Source of the DNA: Saccostrea cucullata
Lineage: Eukaryota
Assembly: GCF_032062105.1 (NCBI RefSeq)
Contig: NW_026933569.1
Coordinates: forward strand, 1-58,805
DNA length: 58,805 nucleotides
Direction: 5' to 3'
Within the stretch, counting starts at the first letter, position 1. The number at the start of each line of letters is the position of its first letter. The position numbers and the translations under genes are program-made. Below the pieces are notes generated by a model. The model did no database searches, had not been told where the DNA came from, and was given only the letters and a program-made list of their open reading frames with translations. Below are positions 52,335 to 58,805 of this stretch, piece by piece.

Positions 52335-52626
52335 TATATTTTGCTGATTGTATCACGACCCTTTCGAGAATTTTTAATTTGAGCCACAACTACATGCTGG
52401 TAGAGTGCTGCAAATTTATTGGCATCCAGATACATTGAGTATTGATGGATCTTTTTCGTGTTCGCGCGTACTGCATCAGGTTATATCTCTTTCTAGGTTT
52501 CTAGGACAATTAATCGTCCGAAGGACTACACTCCATTTTCCGATATAGGATTCGAACCTGAGACGTAAGGACTCCTTACACCAAGACTCTTGACCAAACG
52601 CTCTAACCACAGCGCCAAGCGGGCGA
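52335..52626 (-). mobile_element. Degenerate tRNA-derived SINE
   Basis: The minus strand has an A-box-like TGGCGCTGTGGTTAGAGCG and a B-box GGTTCGAATCC without a clean cloverleaf, followed by a ~200-bp body. The 3' boundary is approximate. Confidence 0.6.
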
Positions 52627-53670
52627 TTACGTCTGCTCTTAAATATTCAAACTGAATGAGTAAATTCTTTAAATTCATGCATTCTAAAAATACTTTACAG
52701 ATTAAATGTAAGCAATGAGATCTGATTCAAGTAAACAAATTTAAATAATAGAAAAATATGTTTAAAATTGTAAGCTGAATACATAATAAACATATGGAAA
52801 ATAACCTACATAACCAAGTTAAACTTATTTAAAAATAATCTACATGCCATTATATAATGTTCGTGGCTATTAATTGATTTCATTAAAGCGGAGTCTACGT
52901 TCATTTTTAAGTTACAAAAAAAATTGAAAACATCTCTCTTTTTCAATTGTTTCATCATTGATTCACATTTTTAGTTTATATATTCAAAAGCAATACCAGG
53001 GATGACATAATGCTAGTCATCTTTAGACTGCAAATGGTACGACACTATCAAACGGAAAAGAATCATTATTTATACTGACAATTTTTATTATAAAGGAGAA
53101 ATCAAAATGTCTGAAATGTAAAAACATGTAAATATTTGTAGGTAGAAATATCAACAAACAAGTTATACAAGTAAACATCTTTTTTGCACTGTACAGATAT
53201 ATCTACCCTATTTTTTTTTCAACCTTGTAAGAAACAAAATTTTGACATTTTGAATATTGAATCGTATTCGATCAACTTAAAACATGCCTTAATACACAGT
53301 GTAGTTTACTTAATTCTGGTTATCTTAATCCGCTCAATTATTGCTAGAGACTGTGTTTACCTTTAAAAGATTAAATTCCTTTAACGTAACAATTAAGCAC
53401 ACTAAAACATTCATCATGCCAAAATAATGGTAAGTTTTCTTAGTTTCCTTAGATCTCAGAACGATTCGTCTTTTGATTGATTGTCTGCTTTTCATAATTT
53501 AATGTATTATATTCCAGTATGATGGATAGAACTTTCAATAAATGTATTTGAATTACTTCCAGGGGGATTAAATAGTTTCTGCAGTGCATTAATTGCACAG
53601 ATCAGTATTCTTCCTTAAACTGGGAAATGTTGTTGGATGTAGCTCGGGAAAGGTTGGCATCAGAGAGACC

Positions 53671-54996
53671 ATGGGCAACTCACAAACAAGACTTCCGAAT
53701 TCCGGAATAATTCAGTCTACTCGATCAACAGCATACTCAAGCTCCATAGGTAAGTCAGAAAAATTAAAAAAAATCGATTTACTAAAAGTTGGATGACATT
53801 TTTCGTCTTTTACTGATACAAAGACCTGAAAAATATACCATTCTGTATAGTAGAACTTATTGACTTATTGATACTTTGTAAGAAAGAAGTTTCTTTTCTG
53901 CACTGAATGTGTTTTCCATGAAACGGAACATCATCTTCATTGTACGATGTACCAAAAGGCAATGCATTCAAAATTGACAAGGGTGTTATATTGCATCTAG
54001 ATTTTCCGTTAAACGGAACATCATCTTCATTGTACGATGTACCAAAAGGCAATGCATTCAAAATTGACGAGGGTGTTATATTGCATCTAGATTTACCTCT
54101 AATATTCCAAATAATTAACATTTGGGGTGCAAAATTGTATTCAAAATCAATATTAAATATTGTCAAGGGAAAAGTAATTATTTGATCTATCTGATGATTT
54201 AATTTATTTTGTTCAAACAAAAAATAGTGAGAGAGACAGAAAAAAACTTTACATTGTTGACTGAAGTGGTGGACATTTCATTCAAATGATGAAAAATTAA
54301 ATTTGCAGTAAGCTTAAATTTTACAATTCACTTCAATTGTTCCACCTGACATGTAGCCTACAATGTAAGATTTCCATTTTATTTATTAGCATTATTCAGA
54401 TCTGAATTGCCTATTATGTTAGAAAAATCTGTCCGTTAGACGCAAAAAACTGACAGATCCATTATTTTATTTTTAAATGAATAAATCAGATATCGAATTG
54501 AAAATGTGTTTCAATAGCTTTTTTTCTGTCGCGCGTTTGAAAATAAATGAACATTTTTTCCAGCAACTTTTACAGTTTGTTCTCAGTGGATCTAGGAAAA
54601 CTGTATATATTTTGTAAACATTATTCCATTGCAGATTATGACACGGTTTCTCTAGATAGTGACAGTGACACAGATTTGCCTTTCCGGTTCAGTTTCACTC
54701 GATTGTCCAATCTCCCACCTTTACCCGGTGTTCATCCTCTAGACTATAAAGCCTACTTACAAGCACCAAGTACATCTACGGTCAGCACAAAGCAATCTCA
54801 ACGCACCATCAAATATGGACGACAGACAACTTTTCATTTGCCATTAATTTCAAACCATGTTTCTGGTTATCAGCAAATGCATCCCGGAGGTATTGTTACA
54901 GTGAAGGAAAAACCTAAGGAAAAGAAAAATTCTAAGAATGGAAGGAAAAAGAAGAAAGGAACCAAGAAGAAACGGAAAGGTTTTCAAAAACGTTAG
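53671..54996 (+). CDS. Gene E: 146-aa protein with myristoylation-type N-terminus and polybasic C-terminus
   Basis: Exons 53671-53749 (ACC-ATG-G context; MGNSQTRLPNSGIIQSTRSTAYSSSI, G|gtaagt) and 54635-54996 (ttgcag|; DYDTVSLDSDSDTDLPFRF...KKKKGTKKKRKGFQKR*). 441 nt in frame; AATAAA at ~55028. Confidence 0.8.
53921..54093. repeat. Tandem duplication, 2 x 90 bp (intron of gene E)
   Basis: AAACGGAACATCATCTTCATTGTACGATG at 53921 and 54011. Confidence 0.92.
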
Positions 54997-55418
54997 AAGT
55001 CTGTACGTTGGATTTTTCAATTTGATAAATAAATGTAATATCGACTCAATGCTTTGAATTTGAATTTATTTCAGTGGTATTTTTAAAAATAATATCTACA
55101 TGTATGCAGTAGATACTGAAAGACCAACAAAAGTTCATTCTAACTAAAGAAACGTGTATAAGGACCAATCGTCTATTTTATAGACATTTGATGTATGAAA
55201 AGTACAACTTGATATACATAATAATATAATCATATAAATAAGTAAATAGTTACTGTTGTTTCTGTAGGTGCAAAAGTTATCAAAATTGAATTAATTAACG
55301 ATGAAATCAACTGTAAAATGGCATGTTCAAATATTTTTTAAAATCAAAATTACCTTATAGTTTGCAACATATTATAACTTTCAAATTCAAAGTGATTAAA
55401 ATGAAATCGAAATTTATA

Positions 55419-58362
55419 CTAATATTTTTGTGTTTCTAAAGTATCCGTAGAATTAGCTGCAATGTCGGAGAAAGTAGCTTTCTCGGTTTGTTGAGGAGGC
55501 TTCTTTGTGAAGAAATCCCACATTTGTTTTCGAAAGAATTTGATGATGATAACAATAAAACCGATGATTATGATGATGCAGACAACAATGGCAAAATAGA
55601 TGGCCCAATTTGTGGAACTCTTTATCTTTTTGGGGGAGTTTGCATGTCCCGTTCCCCTATTAGGTGGAGGGGCTGCAAAACAAAATTATTTATATCTATT
55701 AGTAAATATATTAGATAAGCCAATCTGTATCTACAATGTACTTATAATAAAATAATTATACATATAAGATCGAATTTTAATTCTTTTTTTTAGAATTTCA
55801 ACTAGGTCTTTAGTTTGACGTGGTATTTTGACAAATGATAATTTTAAAATGACCGCTTCTATGCAACCCTCCATTTGACACAAGAAATGACGGAGAAAAA
55901 AATTTATTTTGTAAGGTATATTTACCTGGTGTGGTTGGTCGACAAATTTCTGAAAAAGACGTAGAATTAAAAGTAATTCATCAATAATAAAAAATACTTT
56001 TATATAAATTTCTATTGATACAACATAACATTTATTCAAAATAAAATTGATCTTCACCATGAATTTCTTTTGACTTCAGGGTGAGAAATTCTGTATTCTT
56101 TGAGGCATCTGTGCATGTATCATTAAATAACCGAAAAGTTGCAGAGGATTCGTTATGGGTGATTTCCTATAATGAAAACTAACTCATTAAATTAAAATAT
56201 TTTAATCTAATTAATTTCAGACAAATCGGCTGCATTTATTTTGTTAGACTTAAAACATTATTTTGAGATGGAATTTAAAGTAAAAAATATATACTAGTAT
56301 ACAAAAAAACGTGCATCTATACGTTATTTTACTTATTTTTGAGTTTGGTAATCACAACCAAAAACTTCTGATTTATAATTAATCTTGAAAACAAATTATT
56401 TATATTTCATACTCACAATACAAATAAATCCATGGTCTCTTTTTGATATAGAGGCAGTATCAGCTGTCCACGTATACAAATATGTGACGTCATTTTCCGT
56501 TTCATGAAACAGACAATTCACAGAAAGGTTATCTGAAAATGTTTAACAAAAACAACAAAATATTAGTAGCCGGTAATATTAATTATCATTACTGGGATTG
56601 GTACCATATAATTAGATTTAAAAAAATGTGTATAAAGAAGATGAAGTTAACAAACATCATTGATCTAAAAAAAAATAAATCTATGAATAATATTTGTACA
56701 TAAACACACCCCTCCCCCTGAAAATTAATAGGTGGGATCATGTGCCAAGGAGGAGTAAGCATCGATCTCCGTTTACCGACTATACTCGCAGTAAGCCCTA
56801 TGTTTCGAGCAAGTTGACGAAACCTTCCAAAGTCAAATTTGGTGTAAAAAAGGCCTATTACTTGAAATTAGCATGAATCGGTTCAGGTGTCAAGAAAAGA
56901 GATATTTCATGCAAAAATATTTTGAAGTATGTCCTCTGTACCTGGTATATGGATACTGGAATGGCAAGATGGACTTGTGATAGTGAGCTGCGTGTTCTTC
57001 AGACAACCGTTGACACTACCATTTACACAAACGTTTTCCATACCATTTTCTTCGGAGTTAAGGTTTACGAAGGATTTCCGCAAAAAGTTGGGACATTCGA
57101 TACTTACTATATCTGCAGTTGAAACTATTAAAAGAAAACAATTGTATTTTTTTGTCTTAAAATTTATAAAATATTTTAATGCTATTAATATTTTTGTTAC
57201 ATTAATGTCGAACCCTGTAATGTGCAATTTTTGTGACAGGGTCTATTTCAGTACTTCGTGGCTAAAGTACTTTCTAGATTTTTAAAAAATAATTTTCTTT
57301 TATTTTACATTTTGTTAAATCGTATCTTAAAACTATAATGGCGGTGAAATATTCTTCAATATTAAGTAACTTAAAAACAAAGTTAACATTTCTTACCATT
57401 TTTAATTAAGCTATACATGTTGTCGGTTGTCTTGGGAAGACTGCACACAACATCCATAGATACGTTTACAGGATTTGAATAAGCATACACATTCTCCTTA
57501 ACTGTGGAGTCTAGGGGTGTCTCAACATAATAAATATAATTGTCAGATCTCACTCGTTCAAAACTAAGGCAAACAAACACGCTGACTTCCATAGAAAACA
57601 CGTTGATATCTCTCGAAGATCTATAGCAAGAAAAAAAATCATATCATGTTTTTAAAACAGATAGTAATCGTTGCTGCTGTAGATGTCAAAAGAATATCAA
57701 AAATCATATAAAAATTCGAATAACAACTTATATGTAGTACTGAAAACCTTGCATAAGCATTTGATTAATTTGATTTACATGAATATATTTACAGATATCT
57801 CATAGGTCACAACATTATTCCATGAAAATAAAGAAAGATATGAAAAGGGAAAAATATAATTACTTGAGAAGATAGTATGTTCCATTATTTTCTGAACAGA
57901 GGAAGTCAACTGACGTCACTCCTGGTAAAATGACGGGGTAATCATAAATAACAGACTCGCCGAATCTGAGGAATCCCTTGTCAGAACTGATCCACGCTCC
58001 TCGTTAATATCCGCCGGGAACTGACATGACGATGCAGAAATCGCTAGAAAAATAATTCATTGGAACATTTTACGGCACTGTGAGTGATTGATTTTGCAGA
58101 CTCTTTAAACAAACAACATTGATTCCGATTTGTGTCAATATCAATTATCCTTTACAATGCTCCACAACTGGTTTCATTGTAATATAAGGAATGTTTAAAT
58201 ATATTCTAATAGCCATACACATGGACACCAATATTTACAATTCCACTATTTTAAATAGAAATTAAAATTAAACGTACTTTTCAAAATCGATAAACCTGAA
58301 GGTTTTTCTCACAAAATACATGTAGTTCTAGCAGAAACTTAAAATAATTTTTTGTGGAGTTC

Positions 58363-58405
<43 letters not shown>

Positions 58406-58462
58406 ACCTGTAATATTTACGAAAGCAAGCAAGAAAATAAACCACTTCATTCTATTCTGCAT
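55419..58462 (-). CDS. Gene F: third, divergent paralog of genes B/C (~380 aa) with a frameshift in exon 2 (pseudogene or assembly error)
   Basis: Minus-strand exons 58462-58408 (MQNRMKWFIFLLAFVNIT), 58043-57864 (CQFPADI//GAWISSDKG...DFLCSENNGTYYLLK), 57620-57397, 57124-56942, 56532-56417, 56166-56058, 55949-55926 and 55672-55419 (TM WAIYFAIVVCIIIIIGFIVIII-KFFRK). All introns are GT-AG; the model is in phase only if 2 nt are removed near 58000-58008. Confidence 0.85.
58365..58403. repeat. (GA)n microsatellite abutting the exon-1 donor of gene F
   Basis: Direct observation. Confidence 0.97.
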
Positions 58463-58805
58463 TTTCTTTCAGTGATCCTGGGATAAGGAGTATTGATTTC
58501 CCTGGTTTATTACATTATGCATGAATTGGGCGACCTTTAAAATGAAAAAAGTCTATGAATTCATACTCTTTTAAGATAACAGAAACCTATACCTGATTGG
58601 TAAGGCAACTCAAGGCACAATTAACAATAGGTAGCGAATATAACTACTAAAATATCTAGAAAAAAATTACTCATTATATTAACCGAAGTAATCTCGATAA
58701 ACACACTTTCCTTTGTTCAACAATGTGTTGTGACATAAACCAATATTAAAAGAATATTTACCTTCATAAATTCTGAAAATATGCATCACAAATCCATGGT
58801 TTAGT

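Noticed and set aside
52540-52626. tRNA gene
   Set aside because: A and B boxes are present, but the acceptor and anticodon stems do not pair convincingly and a SINE-like body follows.
53810-54220. Repeat-containing ORFs 53810-54220(-) and 53940-54185(+)
   Set aside because: They result from a 90-bp intronic tandem duplication and have no splice or homology support.

Overview
AT-rich, intron-containing animal genomic DNA. The frequent TACATGTA motif and the repeat types suggest a bivalve, probably an oyster (inference). It is not prokaryotic: there are no operons, CRISPR arrays or rRNA. All gene models below were spliced by hand and exon phases checked. (A) 6200-10993(+): a 3-exon, ~1003-aa protein with an acidic low-complexity N-terminus, an nSTAND3-like NTPase domain whose catalytic motifs are all degenerate, and ankyrin repeats; it is split by a 1-nt frameshift at ~9437. 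(B, C, F) Three paralogous Cys-rich type I membrane-protein genes at 31036-35632(+), 39850-48619(+) and 55419-58462(-). Gene C has a tandemly duplicated exon 4 (candidate mutually exclusive splicing). Gene F has a 2-nt frameshift, lacks one intron and has a 24-nt micro-exon. (D, E) Two small divergent paralogs with Lys-rich tails, one starting with a myristoylation-type MGNSQT. Between A and B lie a ~370-bp satellite with splice-site-like signals and a 9.46-kb TTAA-flanked foldback DNA transposon. The transposon has multi-kb inverted arms made of ~380-bp tandem repeats and carries two nested non-autonomous elements. Several MITEs, palindromic elements, a tRNA-derived SINE and microsatellites are also present. 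Family names come from motif recognition only; no database search was run.
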